Assembly (NCBI GenBank): GCA_965242865.1
Contig: CBDETK010000013.1
Span: 1,728,001 to 1,792,000 of the forward strand
From: Candidatus Latescibacterota bacterium
GTDB taxonomy: Bacteria; Latescibacterota; UBA2968; UBA8231
Length of the DNA: 64,000 nucleotides
Reading direction: 5' to 3'
The notes beneath the pieces were generated by a model. That model had not been told where the DNA came from and did not search any database. It worked only from the letters and a program-made list of their open reading frames with translations. This document shows, one piece after another, positions 53,259 through 63,315 of this stretch. How positions within the stretch are numbered: position 1 is the stretch's first letter; every line of letters starts with the position of its first letter. The translations under genes were made by a program, and so were the position numbers.

Positions 53259-54038
53259 TCAGCCGAAGCGGCCGGTTACGTAGTCCTCGGTCTGCTTGCG
53301 GCGGGGATTGGTGAACATGTCTTCGGTCTGGCTGAATTCTATCAAGGAGCCTAGATAGTAGAAGGCCGTGTAGGTCGAAATCCGCGCCGCTTGTTGCAGA
53401 TTGTGGGTGACGACGATGATGGTGTAATCGGACTTCAGCTCGGTGATGGTCTCCTCAATGCGCGCGGTGGCAATCGGGTCCAGCGCCGAGCACGGCTCAT
53501 CCATCAGGATCACCTCCGGCTCGACCGCCAAGGTGCGCGCAATGCACAACCGCTGCTGCTGGCCGCCGGACAGGCCCATGGCGCTGTCCTTGAGCCGGTC
53601 TTGGACCTCGTCCCACAGCGCGGCTGCCCGCAGGCTCTTTTCCACGGCCTCGTCGAGCACCCAGCGGCGGTTTTCTCCGGCGATCCGCAGGCCGTAGGCC
53701 ACGTTCTCGTAGATGGACTTGGGGAAGGGATTGGACTTTTGGAACACCATGCCCACCCGCCGCCGCAAGTCGATCACGTCGCAATCGGGCGCGTAAATGT
53801 CGCGGCCACTGACCCGCACCACGCCTTGAATGCGCGCGGATTCGATCAGGTCGTTGAGGCGATTGAGGCAGCGCAAGAGCGTTGATTTGCCGCAGCCCGA
53901 GGGGCCGATAAACGCGGTCACCTCGCGCTCGGGAATGCCCAAGTCAATGTCGTGCAGGGCCTGCGTCTCGCCGTAGAACAGGCTCAGGTTTTCCACTTCG
54001 ACGATGGCGTTTTCAGCCGGGGCAGGGGGCGTGCTCAT
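53259..54038 (-). CDS. pstB: Phosphate ABC transporter ATPase
   Basis: [46 protein letters not shown]. Confidence 0.96.
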   Translation of the reverse strand: MSTPPAPAENAIVEVENLSLFYGETQALHDIDLGIPEREVTAFIGPSGCGKSTLLRCLNRLNDLIESARIQGVVRVSGRDIYAPDCDVIDLRRRVGMVFQKSNPFPKSIYENVAYGLRIAGENRRWVLDEAVEKSLRAAALWDEVQDRLKDSAMGLSGGQQQRLCIARTLAVEPEVILMDEPCSALDPIATARIEETITELKSDYTIIVVTHNLQQAARISTYTAFYYLGSLIEFSQTEDMFTNPRRKQTEDYVTGRFG

Positions 54039-54046
54039 GGCGTCTC

Positions 54047-55642
54047 CTAAAAGGCCGACAGGGCGTATTTCCTACGCAGTTTGTTGCGGACGACAATGGC
54101 CGTCAAGTTCAGGAGCAACACAATGGCCAGCAGCAGCAGGGCCGTGGTGTACACCATGGGCCGGGCCGCCTCCACGTTGGGCGCCTGAAAGCCTACGTCG
54201 TAAATGTGAAAGCCCAAATGCATAAACTTGCGCTCTAAGTGAAAAAACGGCGCGAACGCATCGAGGGGTAAATCCGGCGCTAGCTTGACGACGCCGGTGA
54301 TCATCAGCGGCGCGACCTCGCCGGCCCCGCGCGCCGTGGCCAAGATGACTCCGGTGAGAATGCCGGGCAGAGCACTGGGCAGCACCACGGTCCAAATCAT
54401 CTGAAACTTGGTCGCCCCCAACGCCAGCGCGCCCTCGCGCATCTCCCGCGGCACGGCCGCCAAGCCCTCCTCGGTGGCAACGATGACCACCGGAACCGTC
54501 AGCAGGGCGAGGGTCAGGGAGGCCCACAGAATGCCGCCGGTGCCATAGGTGGGCGTCGGCAGGGCGTCCGCGTAAAAGAGCTGGTCAATGCTGCCGCCGA
54601 TGCCGTACACGAAAAAGCCCAAGCCGAACATGCCAAAGACTATGGAAGGTACGCCCGCCAAGTTGTTGACCGCAACGCGCACGAGGCGCACCAAAAAGCC
54701 CTGCCGGGCGTACTCGCGCAGGTAGAGCGCCGCCAAGACTCCAAACGGCACGGCCGCCAAGCTCATCAGCACCACCATCATCACGGTGCCAAAGATCGCC
54801 GGGAATATGCCGCCCTCGGTGTTGGACTCGCGCGGCTCGCCCGCCACGAACTCCCAGCCCTTGGACAAATAGGTCTGCGCCTTGGCCCCAACGCCCATCG
54901 CATTGGGGCGATAGGCGCGGACAATGGCCGCGACCGCCACGCGGCGCGTCTCGCCGCCAGCCAGCGCGACCTCCACCTGCCAGCGTTGCTGCTGCGCCCG
55001 CAGCTCGTCCAAGCACCCAGACAGGGCCTCGTACTCGGCCCACAGCGCTTGCCGGCGCGCCTCGTTGGCGGCGAGTTGGGCGTCGTTTCCCTCGCGTTGC
55101 CAGCGTCGCTCTTGCCGGCGCACCTCCTCTAGCGCGTGGTTGAGCTCGCCGATGGGGCCGCGCTCTAGGGCGTGGATGCGGTCGCCCAACTCATCGGCTT
55201 GGGCCAGCAGCCCCTGTAAGGCGTCCCAGCCCCCCGCCCCTTTTGCCAGCAGCCGCTCCTCCTCGTACAAGGCCGCGATAACCCCGTGCATGTCCCCCCA
55301 CTCGACCCGCTCGAACACCACGGCCTCGGCCGGCGTTTCGCGCTGGGCAATCGCCGATTCATCCACCCAGCGGAAGTCTTGCCCGTACACGTCGCGGTTG
55401 CCGACCTTTAGCTGCACCCGATAGCGCCCGGCGGCCCCAGGAATGGGCTGGCGATCGACCAGTTTGCCCAAGACGAGCCGGTCGTCTGTAAGGCGCAACA
55501 AGGTCAAGTTCTGCGGCCAGAACGCGCCGGCACCGTGATAGACGATGATCCCCACCAAGCCGGCGATCATCGCCAAGCACAGGGCCAACGCTCCGCCCGT
55601 GAGCCAGATAAAGGGGTCGCCCCGCCGCCAAAAGCCCATCAC
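54047..55642 (-). CDS. pstA: Phosphate ABC transporter permease (long form)
   Basis: [35 protein letters not shown]. Confidence 0.93.
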   Translation of the reverse strand: MMGFWRRGDPFIWLTGGALALCLAMIAGLVGIIVYHGAGAFWPQNLTLLRLTDDRLVLGKLVDRQPIPGAAGRYRVQLKVGNRDVYGQDFRWVDESAIAQRETPAEAVVFERVEWGDMHGVIAALYEEERLLAKGAGGWDALQGLLAQADELGDRIHALERGPIGELNHALEEVRRQERRWQREGNDAQLAANEARRQALWAEYEALSGCLDELRAQQQRWQVEVALAGGETRRVAVAAIVRAYRPNAMGVGAKAQTYLSKGWEFVAGEPRESNTEGGIFPAIFGTVMMVVLMSLAAVPFGVLAALYLREYARQGFLVRLVRVAVNNLAGVPSIVFGMFGLGFFVYGIGGSIDQLFYADALPTPTYGTGGILWASLTLALLTVPVVIVATEEGLAAVPREMREGALALGATKFQMIWTVVLPSALPGILTGVILATARGAGEVAPLMITGVVKLAPDLPLDAFAPFFHLERKFMHLGFHIYDVGFQAPNVEAARPMVYTTALLLLAIVLLLNLTAIVVRNKLRRKYALSAF

Positions 55643-57846
55643 AGCCGATTGTACTTGTCGCGCAACCGCTGCCGCACGACCTCGGCCAGCGAGTTGATGC
55701 AGAAGGTGGCCGTAAACAGCAGCAGGCCGCTGAGGAAGAGCACTCGGTAGAGCGTACCTTGGTGCGGTGCTTCGGGTAGCTCTACGGCGATATTGGCCGA
55801 AATGGTGCGCATGCCGTTAAAAATGTTCCAATCCATGATCGGGGTGTTGCCCGTGGCCATCAGCACGATCATGGTTTCCCCGATGGCGCGGCCCAAGCCG
55901 ATCATGGCGGCCGAGAATATGCCCGGCAGGGCCATGGGCAACACCACCTTGATCGCCGTCTGCCAAGGCGTGGCCCCCAAGGCCAGCGAGCCGGCGCGCA
56001 AGTGCCCGGGCACGCTGGAAAGCGCGTCCTCGCAGATGGTGAAGATCAGGGGAATGACCGCAAAGCCCATGGCAAAGCCCACCACCAAGCAGTTGCGCTG
56101 GTCGTAGCCAACGCCCGCGTCTTGCCGCAGCCAGCGCAGAAAGTGCCCGTCAAAGGCCCAGTCCTCGAGGACCGGCCCCAGCGCGTACGCCGCCCCAGCA
56201 ACCAGCAGGGTCACCGCCCCGAGCCAGTACATCTCCCCCACCTGGGCCACTCGGCGCACCCAAGCCGCCGGGGCGTATTGCCAAGCCCACGCCGCGGCCA
56301 TGACCACGACGGGCACGGCCGGCAGCAGCAGCAAGGTCCCCAGCAAGTGCGATTCGAGCAGGGGCGCCAGCCACAACCCGGCGAGAAAGCCCAAGATGAC
56401 GCTCGGCAGGGAGGCCATGACCTCCACGGCCGGCTTGACCAAGCCCTGCACGCGCGGCGAGGCAAATTCAGCCGTGTAAATGGCCGCTAAAACCGCCAAG
56501 GGCAGGGCGAAAAGCAGGGCGTAGAGCGTCCCCTTGGCCGTGCCCCAAATCAGCGGCACCAAGCTGAGCTTAGGCTCAAATTCGTCCGTGCCGCCGGTGG
56601 ACTGCCACACGTACTCGCGGCCCTCGTACCCCTCGTACCAAATCGGGGCAAACAGCACGGCCGCGCTGATTTCGGGATGGGGATGGTCCAGGGCAAAACG
56701 CCGCAACCACCCGTCTTGGCCGAGGGCCAAAAATCCATCGGCCTTGGGCGCGAAAACCAACGCGGCCACCGGAGCGTCGCCCGGCCGTTGGAAGGCCGTT
56801 TGCTCGGAGGTCAGGTGGTGCAGGGCAATAGCTCCGTCGGCGGCGGCCGTGAGAACCTGCTTGTCGCGCGCAGAGGCCGCAATGTGGGTGACAGCCGCTG
56901 CATGCGAGGCCAAGGCGTGAATTTTGCGATACGACCGCTGCCCGGCCTCCTCGACCTTAAACCACGCGCTGACGCGGCCGGCCGCGTCGCCGACGACCAG
57001 CGAGAGCTCGCCGAGGGCGTATGCTAGTGCGGAGACGGGAACCTCTGAGACGGTCAGGCAGGTCGCAAGCACGGGGGCTTGCGCTACGGTGGTGCCTAGG
57101 TGCCATTCGCATACCTGGCCCTGGTCGGTGCCTACGAGCAGTTGGCGAATGCGGCTGTCGAGCAGTACTTGGGTGGCTTGGCCGTTGAGGGTGGTCGTTA
57201 GATCGTAGTGCTTTGCTTTGCGCTCGCCCGGTCCCAACAGGCCCTGTTGCTGCTCGGCCACCATCGTCACTAAGCGACCGCTCGCTGTAATCGCGGCGGC
57301 GGCCGACCGGCCGTCGTCGCCTTGCCGAAAGGCCACCTGCACCAGCGGCTCGCCGGCCGGATCGACCGCGACGAGCCGCTCGGTCGCAAATTGCGGCACC
57401 ACCTGCCGCTGGCCGCTGCTGTAGTCGAGCGCAAAGCGCACCTGCGCCAACAGCAGGCGCCCGTCGTCCGTGCCCAGCGCCAAACCGTCGTTTGGGGCGC
57501 GCTGGGCGGCCGTTACCTCGCGAGCGGCCAGCTCAGTTGGTCGTACGCGGCGGATGACTTGGCCGTCGTCCAACCGCAACAAATCCACCTCTTGGGGGCC
57601 GACCGCATACGCGGTCTGATAATAGGGGTCGAGGCCAATGGCGAATGGGCCGACCGCTCGGTGCGCTTGTTCTGCTTTTAGGGCGGGGGCGCGGAACAGG
57701 GGCCATGCCTCGGCGAGGACGAAGACGAATATCCCCAAGACAGCGGCCACAATGCCGATGCCGCCAAAGGAGATAAAGTGCCCGCCCAGCCAGTCTAGCG
57801 CACGGGCGCGCGGCGTGATTCCGCGCTTATGGGGCTTTTGGGTCAC
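55639..57846 (-). CDS. pstC: Phosphate ABC transporter permease with beta-propeller periplasmic domain
   Basis: WD40-like periplasmic part; LPSVILG, RAIGETMIV, ANIAVELPEA. Confidence 0.92.
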   Translation of the reverse strand: MTQKPHKRGITPRARALDWLGGHFISFGGIGIVAAVLGIFVFVLAEAWPLFRAPALKAEQAHRAVGPFAIGLDPYYQTAYAVGPQEVDLLRLDDGQVIRRVRPTELAAREVTAAQRAPNDGLALGTDDGRLLLAQVRFALDYSSGQRQVVPQFATERLVAVDPAGEPLVQVAFRQGDDGRSAAAAITASGRLVTMVAEQQQGLLGPGERKAKHYDLTTTLNGQATQVLLDSRIRQLLVGTDQGQVCEWHLGTTVAQAPVLATCLTVSEVPVSALAYALGELSLVVGDAAGRVSAWFKVEEAGQRSYRKIHALASHAAAVTHIAASARDKQVLTAAADGAIALHHLTSEQTAFQRPGDAPVAALVFAPKADGFLALGQDGWLRRFALDHPHPEISAAVLFAPIWYEGYEGREYVWQSTGGTDEFEPKLSLVPLIWGTAKGTLYALLFALPLAVLAAIYTAEFASPRVQGLVKPAVEVMASLPSVILGFLAGLWLAPLLESHLLGTLLLLPAVPVVVMAAAWAWQYAPAAWVRRVAQVGEMYWLGAVTLLVAGAAYALGPVLEDWAFDGHFLRWLRQDAGVGYDQRNCLVVGFAMGFAVIPLIFTICEDALSSVPGHLRAGSLALGATPWQTAIKVVLPMALPGIFSAAMIGLGRAIGETMIVLMATGNTPIMDWNIFNGMRTISANIAVELPEAPHQGTLYRVLFLSGLLLFTATFCINSLAEVVRQRLRDKYNRL

Positions 57847-57851
57847 GGCCT

Positions 57852-58820
57852 TTAGATATCCAATTTGGCCAATTCGGCTTGGGCCACTTCAAACGGCACG
57901 GGCATGTACCCGTCTTTGACCACGATCTCTTGCCCCTCTTTGGAGAAAATGAACGCGCAAAACTCCCGCACGAGCGGGTCCATGGCTTGGCCGGGGGCCT
58001 TGTTTATATAAATGTATAGGAAGCGACCGAGGGGATAGGAGCCGTTCAGCACGTTTTCCATGGAGCCTTGCTTAAATTCCCGTCCCTCGGCCTTGGCCAA
58101 CGGCACGACGCGCACGCCCGAGGTCAGATAGCCAATGCCGCTGTACCCGATGGCAAAGCGGTCTTCGGTAATCCCCTGCACGACCGACGCCGATCCGGGC
58201 TGCTCCTTGACTTCGTCCTTGTAGTCGCCTTTGAACAGGGCCTGCTTCTTAAAAAAGCCATAGGTGCCCGAAGCCGAGTTGCGGCCGTACAGGCTGATCT
58301 GGGCCCTAGCCCAATCGCCGCCAAGCCCCAGCTGGCCCCAAAGGGTGATGTCTCGGGGGAACTCGCTGCGGCGGGTCTTGGAAAAAATCGCATCGACTTG
58401 CGGCAGGGTCAGGCCCTCAATGGGGTTGTCCTTGTTGACAAAGACCGCCAGCGCGTCAAGCGCGGCCCGCAAGGGCGTGGGCTTGTAGCCAAAGGCGCGG
58501 TCGAATTTGTCCTCCTCGCTCGACTTCATGGGCCGCGACATCGGCCCGAACTGGGCCGTGCCCTCGATCAAGGCCGGCGGCGCAGTGCTCGACCCTTTGC
58601 CTTCGATTTGGATCTTGACGTTGGGGTAGTACTTGCGAAAAGCCTCCAACCACAGCGCCATCATGTTGTTCATGGTGTCCGAGCCAATGCTGCTGGCGTT
58701 GCCAGCCAAGCCGCGCACCTTCTCGTAGGGCGCGATCCGCTCGTCTATGGCGATTGTCTGCGCGTGGACGCCCGCGGCAAACACCCAAATCAGCCCCATC
58801 CCGAGCCATCTTTTGTTCAT
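57852..58820 (-). CDS. pstS: Phosphate-binding protein
   Basis: GSDT, GKGSSTA, GPMSRPMK, GRNSASGTY, IGYSGIGY. Confidence 0.95.
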   Translation of the reverse strand: MNKRWLGMGLIWVFAAGVHAQTIAIDERIAPYEKVRGLAGNASSIGSDTMNNMMALWLEAFRKYYPNVKIQIEGKGSSTAPPALIEGTAQFGPMSRPMKSSEEDKFDRAFGYKPTPLRAALDALAVFVNKDNPIEGLTLPQVDAIFSKTRRSEFPRDITLWGQLGLGGDWARAQISLYGRNSASGTYGFFKKQALFKGDYKDEVKEQPGSASVVQGITEDRFAIGYSGIGYLTSGVRVVPLAKAEGREFKQGSMENVLNGSYPLGRFLYIYINKAPGQAMDPLVREFCAFIFSKEGQEIVVKDGYMPVPFEVAQAELAKLDI

Positions 58821-58858
58821 TTTTGCCTTCTCCATTTGGTACAGTTTGCGGGATTTGT

Positions 58859-58897
58859 GTTACATCCGCGTGTCTCGCGGATGAAACTTGCGTTACA
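58859..58897 (-). promoter_or_regulatory. Possible internal Pho box upstream of pstS
   Basis: GTTACA at 58859 and 58892 (33 bp apart), ATGAAA at 58881; all on an 11-bp phase. Confidence 0.45.
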
Positions 58898-58906
58898 ACC
58901 TTCCAA

Positions 58907-58936
58907 GGATCGAGGGCGGGACGCCCTCGATCCCGG
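58907..58936. repeat. REP-like palindrome
   Basis: ggatcgagggcgggacgccctcgatccc. Confidence 0.8.
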
Positions 58937-58971
58937 ACGCAACGGAAGGGTCGCGTACCAAGCAACGCGAA

Positions 58972-59922
58972 TTAAAATGTACAGAAAAAGGTCAACCGCC
59001 CCTCAACCTTGGCATCGCGGCCTTCGGGCAACGCGACGATCGCGTTGGGCATCAGGTGGACGGCGGTAGCGGCCGCATAGTCGAAGCCGGCGATGAAGAG
59101 CCAATCGGTGGCATCCTCTGCGTCGTCGGCCACCGCATCGAACCGGCCAAAGCCCTTGAGCACCGGACTTAGCGGCAGCGAGCCAAAGCCCGACACCCCG
59201 GCGAGGACTTGGTCTTTGCCGCTAGCCCGCTCGTTGGTGCGCGAGAAAACCTCCAGCCCGGCCGCGCCCTGCGCGCCCTGCCAGCCCACGAAGCCCTTGA
59301 AGGTCCGCTCGTTGCGACCGGCTGGCTTTGCATTGAAGTCCGCATAGCCTTCCAACACCCAGCGGTCCCCAGCCTTAAAACTCAACGAACCATAGAACTT
59401 CTTGCCGTGGTCGTCCTCGGGGCCTTGGCCGGGACCGTTGCCGATCATCAGGTGATACCTCAGCCGGTCGGCCTTGCCCTTGAGTGCCGCGCCCAAGTCG
59501 GCCGAAGAGCCGATTTTGTTTTGGTCGAGCACGGTCTTGGCTATCGAGCGGTATCCCCAGACCTTTTCGGCGACCGCCCAAGTCGGCGTCCCCGAAAGCC
59601 CCAAGTATAGATCCGCCGCGCCCAACACCTCCTTCCACTGCACGTAGGAGTGCTTGACGAAAGGCCGCATCTTCTCGCCTTGGCCAAACCCCGCGTCCTT
59701 GGCTTCGAGGCGGAAGCGAATGGCAAAGTCGGTGGCGATGTCCTCTTGGTAGGTGAAGTACAGCCGGCGGAACCGGAACGCATTGCGCTTGGCGGTCTGC
59801 TCGGCGTTCAATACGTAGTAGTATTCGCCAAACATAACGCCTTGGATGGTCCCTTCCTCGGCTTGAACGGCGGTGGTCAAACAGCAAAGCAACGCGGCGA
59901 TTGGCAGGATGGTTTTTTGCAT
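58972..59922 (-). CDS. Outer-membrane porin, probably phosphate-selective (OprO/P-like)
   Basis: Signal peptide, FRFRRLYF, amphipathic beta strands, terminal Phe; first gene of the pst operon. Confidence 0.75.
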   Translation of the reverse strand: MQKTILPIAALLCCLTTAVQAEEGTIQGVMFGEYYYVLNAEQTAKRNAFRFRRLYFTYQEDIATDFAIRFRLEAKDAGFGQGEKMRPFVKHSYVQWKEVLGAADLYLGLSGTPTWAVAEKVWGYRSIAKTVLDQNKIGSSADLGAALKGKADRLRYHLMIGNGPGQGPEDDHGKKFYGSLSFKAGDRWVLEGYADFNAKPAGRNERTFKGFVGWQGAQGAAGLEVFSRTNERASGKDQVLAGVSGFGSLPLSPVLKGFGRFDAVADDAEDATDWLFIAGFDYAAATAVHLMPNAIVALPEGRDAKVEGRLTFFCTF

Positions 59923-59997
59923 TTGTGTTACAACGCTCCCTCGTCCGGTGCGAAATTGGGCCTCATTTCTTTTCTACCCACAAAATCCGCTCGCAAT

Positions 59998-60036
59998 ATG
60001 ACGCCATCGTTACAGTATTGTTACGAAATGGTGACG
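59998..60036 (-). promoter_or_regulatory. Pho box array for the porin-pst-pho operon
   Basis: Four half-sites with exact 11-bp period at 59998, 60009, 60020, 60031 (minus strand GTCAC/GTAAC/GTAAC/GTCAT). Confidence 0.75.
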
Positions 60037-60080
60037 ATTTTCGCTCGCCGTGCGCTGAGACCGCGCCCTTCAAGGCCCTT

Positions 60081-60109
60081 TGTCACCGAATTGTAATTTC
60101 GGAGTAACC
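60081..60109 (+). promoter_or_regulatory. Pho box array for the TonB-dependent receptor
   Basis: GTCAC (60082), GTAAT (60093), GTAAC (60104), 11-bp period. Confidence 0.7.
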
Positions 60110-60168
60110 TCTTCTCAACACAGCCTCTCTATCGTTTTTGACTTACCCAATCCCCAAGGGAGGTTTCC

Positions 60169-63057
60169 ATGAAGCACTGCTTGTCCATTGTCGGCCTCGC
60201 CCTGTTCGCTCTCGCCCGTCCGGCCTTGGGCCAAGGCACCCTCTCCGGTGCGGTTCTCGACCGCCAGACCGGCGACCCGCTCGTGGGCGCAATCGTCTTT
60301 CTAGAAGGCACCCAGCTCGGCACGACCTGCGATGTCGAGGGGCGGTTTCAGCTTTTTGAGGTCCCGTCCGGGACCTATGTGCTGGCCAGCTCGATGATCG
60401 GCTATCGGGATGCGTCGATTATCGGGGTTGAGGTGCAAGACGGCGCGGTCGCCAAGCGGGTCATCACCCTGATGCCCGAAGCCCTAGAAATCGACGGCGA
60501 GGTCATCGTCGAGGCCAAGGCTTTGCGCAATACGGGCGCGGCCCTGCTCAAGGAACGCCAAAAGGCCCCCGCAGTCAGCGACGCCATGAGTGCCGAGGAA
60601 ATCGCACGGGCGGGCAGCGGCGACGCGGCCGAGGCCATGTCGCACGTACCGGGGGCCTCGGTGGTGGAGGGCAAATACGTCTATGTCCGCGGCCTAGGCG
60701 ACCGCTACAGCTCGGTCCAGCTCAACGGCTCTTCGCTTCCCAACGCCGACCCGGACAAGCGGTCCGTGCCCATGGATCTCTTCCCCACCTCGCTCTTGGA
60801 CAATATCGTCACCACCAAGAGCTTTACCCCGGACAAGCCCGGCGATTTTACCGGCGGTTCCGTCAATATCGGCACCAAGGCGTTTCCCGATAACTTCACC
60901 CTCTCCGTTTCGGCTTCGACCCAATTTAACACCCAGAGCTCGTTTAACGACCAGTTCCTCACCTACGAGGGCGGCGGCCTCGATTGGATCGGCATCGACG
61001 ACGGGACGCGAGAAATTCCCACGGCACTGGCCGCCAGCGATGCAAAAATCCCCGATGTGGGCGCGGCGTACAACGACGAGGAAAAGGCCCTGCGGCTCGA
61101 CGAGTATTCCAAGGCGTTCTCCTCGGTCATGGCCCCCACCACCGCGACCGCCCCGCTCAACCAGAGCTACTCGGTCTCGGTGGGCAACCAAGTTGCGCTC
61201 TGGGACCGCCCCGTTGGCTTCCTCGGGACGCTCAGTTACAGCAACAGCGCGTCCTTTTACGACGACGGCACCTCGGCCCGTTGGCAACTCACCAGCCGGG
61301 AAGCCAACACCCTGACCAACAACTTTAACCTCACCGACACCCGGGGGGCGCAGGAAATCGCTTGGGGCAGCCTCGTCACCTTGTCGATCAAGCCGGCGCC
61401 CACGCACGAGTTGTCCGCGACCAACCTGTACAACCGCAACAGCGAAGACATTGCCCGCTACCTAGCCGGCGCGTTCCCCCGCGACCTCGAAGAGGAGGCC
61501 CGGTACGAGACGCGCGTTTTGCAGTTTACCGAGCGCCAAATCCAATCGCTGCAACTGGCCGGTAAACACCACTTTGGCGGCTTGCGCGCCCTGCGGGCCG
61601 AATGGTCGGCGGCCGCTTCTTCTTCGGCTCAAGAAGAGCCGGACCTGCGATTTTTTACCAACAACTACGTCACCAAAAACCGCCCGTTGCGCGACGAAAA
61701 CGGCCAAGTGCTGCGCGACGAAAACGACGAGGTCATCCGCGGCCCGGTCACGGATTACTCAATTTCCCCCTCGATTTACCCATTGCCCACTCGCTACTTC
61801 CGCGATCTCGACGAGAGCACGCGCGAATTCCAGCTCAACCTGACTTGGCCCTTCAAGCAATGGCAGGGGATCAACAGCCACCTCAAAACCGGCTTCTTGG
61901 CGCTGGACAAACAGCGCACGTTCCGCGAGCGACGCTACGAATTTGACCAAGACGACATCGACTACGACGGCCAGCCCCACACCTTTTTCGAGGCCGAAAA
62001 GGTCGGGCTCACCCGCCGCGCTGGGCGGCAGTACCGCTTTGGCTCCTACGTCCAAGACGCCACCCAGCTTTCGAGCAATTTCGACGGCGACCAGCAAATC
62101 TACGCGGGCTACGCCATGCTCGAATTGCCCCTCCATACCAAGTTGCGCCTCGTGGGGGGCACCCGGCTCGAAGCCACGCGCTTGGACGTGGCCAGCCAAG
62201 ACCCGACCAAGCCCGCCGGCCGGCTCGCCGAAAACGACCTGCTGCCCTCGCTCAACGCCGTCTGGGAAATCCGCCCCGGCATGAATGTGCGCACTTCCTA
62301 CGGCCGCACCCTCGCCCGGCCCACCTTCCGCGAGTTGGCCCCGTTTGCCTCGTTCAGCTTTGTCGGCGGCTTTACCTTTATCGGCAATGCCGCGCTAGAG
62401 CGGACCCTGATCGACAACTACGACTTGCGCTGGGAACACTTTGGCAGCCCCGGCGAGCTGTACGCGGCCAGCGCGTTCTACAAGGACTTCAAAAACCCCA
62501 TTGAGCGCGTCATTCTCACGGTCAACGGCGAGGTTCAGTTCCAAAACGTCGCAGCCGCCCAAGTGTCCGGGGTTGAGTTTGAGGGGCGACACGGCCTCGG
62601 CTTCCTCCTCCCAGAGCACTTCCACGCCGGCGGCAACCTGTCGCTGGTCCGCTCCAGGGTCAAAATCGACTCCACCGAGCTAACGCTGCGCCGGGCCCTC
62701 GACCCGCAAGCCGACGACGAGCGCTCCTTGCAGGGACAATCGCCCTTCCTTTTGAACCTCAATCTCAGCTACGACAACTTCGCCACCGGCACGGCCGCCG
62801 GCATCTACTACAACCTTTTTGGCCGCCGCTTGGCCGAAGTCAGCCTCGGCGGAACCCCAGACGTGTTCGAGGAGAGGCGCGGCACCCTCGACTGCACCTT
62901 CTCTCAGCAGTGGCACGAGTACCAGATCAAGCTGAGCGCCAAAAACCTCCTCGATTCCTCCTTTGCAAAGGCGTATCGCTACCAAGGCCACGATTACATC
63001 GCCAGCCAGTACTACAAGGGCCGTTCGTTCTCGATTGCGGTCCGTTACAGCCGCTGA
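60169..63057 (+). CDS. TonB-dependent receptor with N-terminal carboxypeptidase-regulatory-like domain
   Basis: GTLSGAVLD..GDPLVGA; plug YVYVRGLGDRY..PMDLFP; TLARPTFRELAPF; C-terminal beta strand. Confidence 0.95.
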   Translation: MKHCLSIVGLALFALARPALGQGTLSGAVLDRQTGDPLVGAIVFLEGTQLGTTCDVEGRFQLFEVPSGTYVLASSMIGYRDASIIGVEVQDGAVAKRVITLMPEALEIDGEVIVEAKALRNTGAALLKERQKAPAVSDAMSAEEIARAGSGDAAEAMSHVPGASVVEGKYVYVRGLGDRYSSVQLNGSSLPNADPDKRSVPMDLFPTSLLDNIVTTKSFTPDKPGDFTGGSVNIGTKAFPDNFTLSVSASTQFNTQSSFNDQFLTYEGGGLDWIGIDDGTREIPTALAASDAKIPDVGAAYNDEEKALRLDEYSKAFSSVMAPTTATAPLNQSYSVSVGNQVALWDRPVGFLGTLSYSNSASFYDDGTSARWQLTSREANTLTNNFNLTDTRGAQEIAWGSLVTLSIKPAPTHELSATNLYNRNSEDIARYLAGAFPRDLEEEARYETRVLQFTERQIQSLQLAGKHHFGGLRALRAEWSAAASSSAQEEPDLRFFTNNYVTKNRPLRDENGQVLRDENDEVIRGPVTDYSISPSIYPLPTRYFRDLDESTREFQLNLTWPFKQWQGINSHLKTGFLALDKQRTFRERRYEFDQDDIDYDGQPHTFFEAEKVGLTRRAGRQYRFGSYVQDATQLSSNFDGDQQIYAGYAMLELPLHTKLRLVGGTRLEATRLDVASQDPTKPAGRLAENDLLPSLNAVWEIRPGMNVRTSYGRTLARPTFRELAPFASFSFVGGFTFIGNAALERTLIDNYDLRWEHFGSPGELYAASAFYKDFKNPIERVILTVNGEVQFQNVAAAQVSGVEFEGRHGLGFLLPEHFHAGGNLSLVRSRVKIDSTELTLRRALDPQADDERSLQGQSPFLLNLNLSYDNFATGTAAGIYYNLFGRRLAEVSLGGTPDVFEERRGTLDCTFSQQWHEYQIKLSAKNLLDSSFAKAYRYQGHDYIASQYYKGRSFSIAVRYSR

Positions 63058-63193
63058 GAAGCGTTCTTAAAACTCATGTTGCTTTTGGCCTAGTCTTACC
63101 TGATGACTCGTACGGTCATTCCCGCGCAAGCGGGAATCCAGCAAAGGACCAAGCCGAATCAGAAACCGAAACTCCAATTTTAGGAACGCTTCT
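63057..63193. mobile_element. MITE-like element (137 bp)
   Basis: AGAAGCGTTCTTAAAA (63057-63072) and TTTTAGGAACGCTTCT (63178-63193) are inverted with 1 mismatch; CTGAG at both junctions; internal GTCATTCCCGCGCAAGCGGGAATCCAG. Confidence 0.65.
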
Positions 63194-63200
63194 GAGGGGT

Positions 63201-63218
63201 TGTAACAAACTGTTCACA
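63201..63218 (+). promoter_or_regulatory. Possible Pho box
   Basis: TGTAACA (63201) and GTTCACA (63212), 11-bp spacing, about 100 bp upstream of the 63316 start. Confidence 0.55.
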
Positions 63219-63315
63219 GTACCGCCATATTATTGGTACAGGCTCGGGCGTTCTTAATGGACGCCAGCGGTTCGGATCGCTGGCGTCCACTTTTATCCAG
63301 TATCAGGAGGATACT

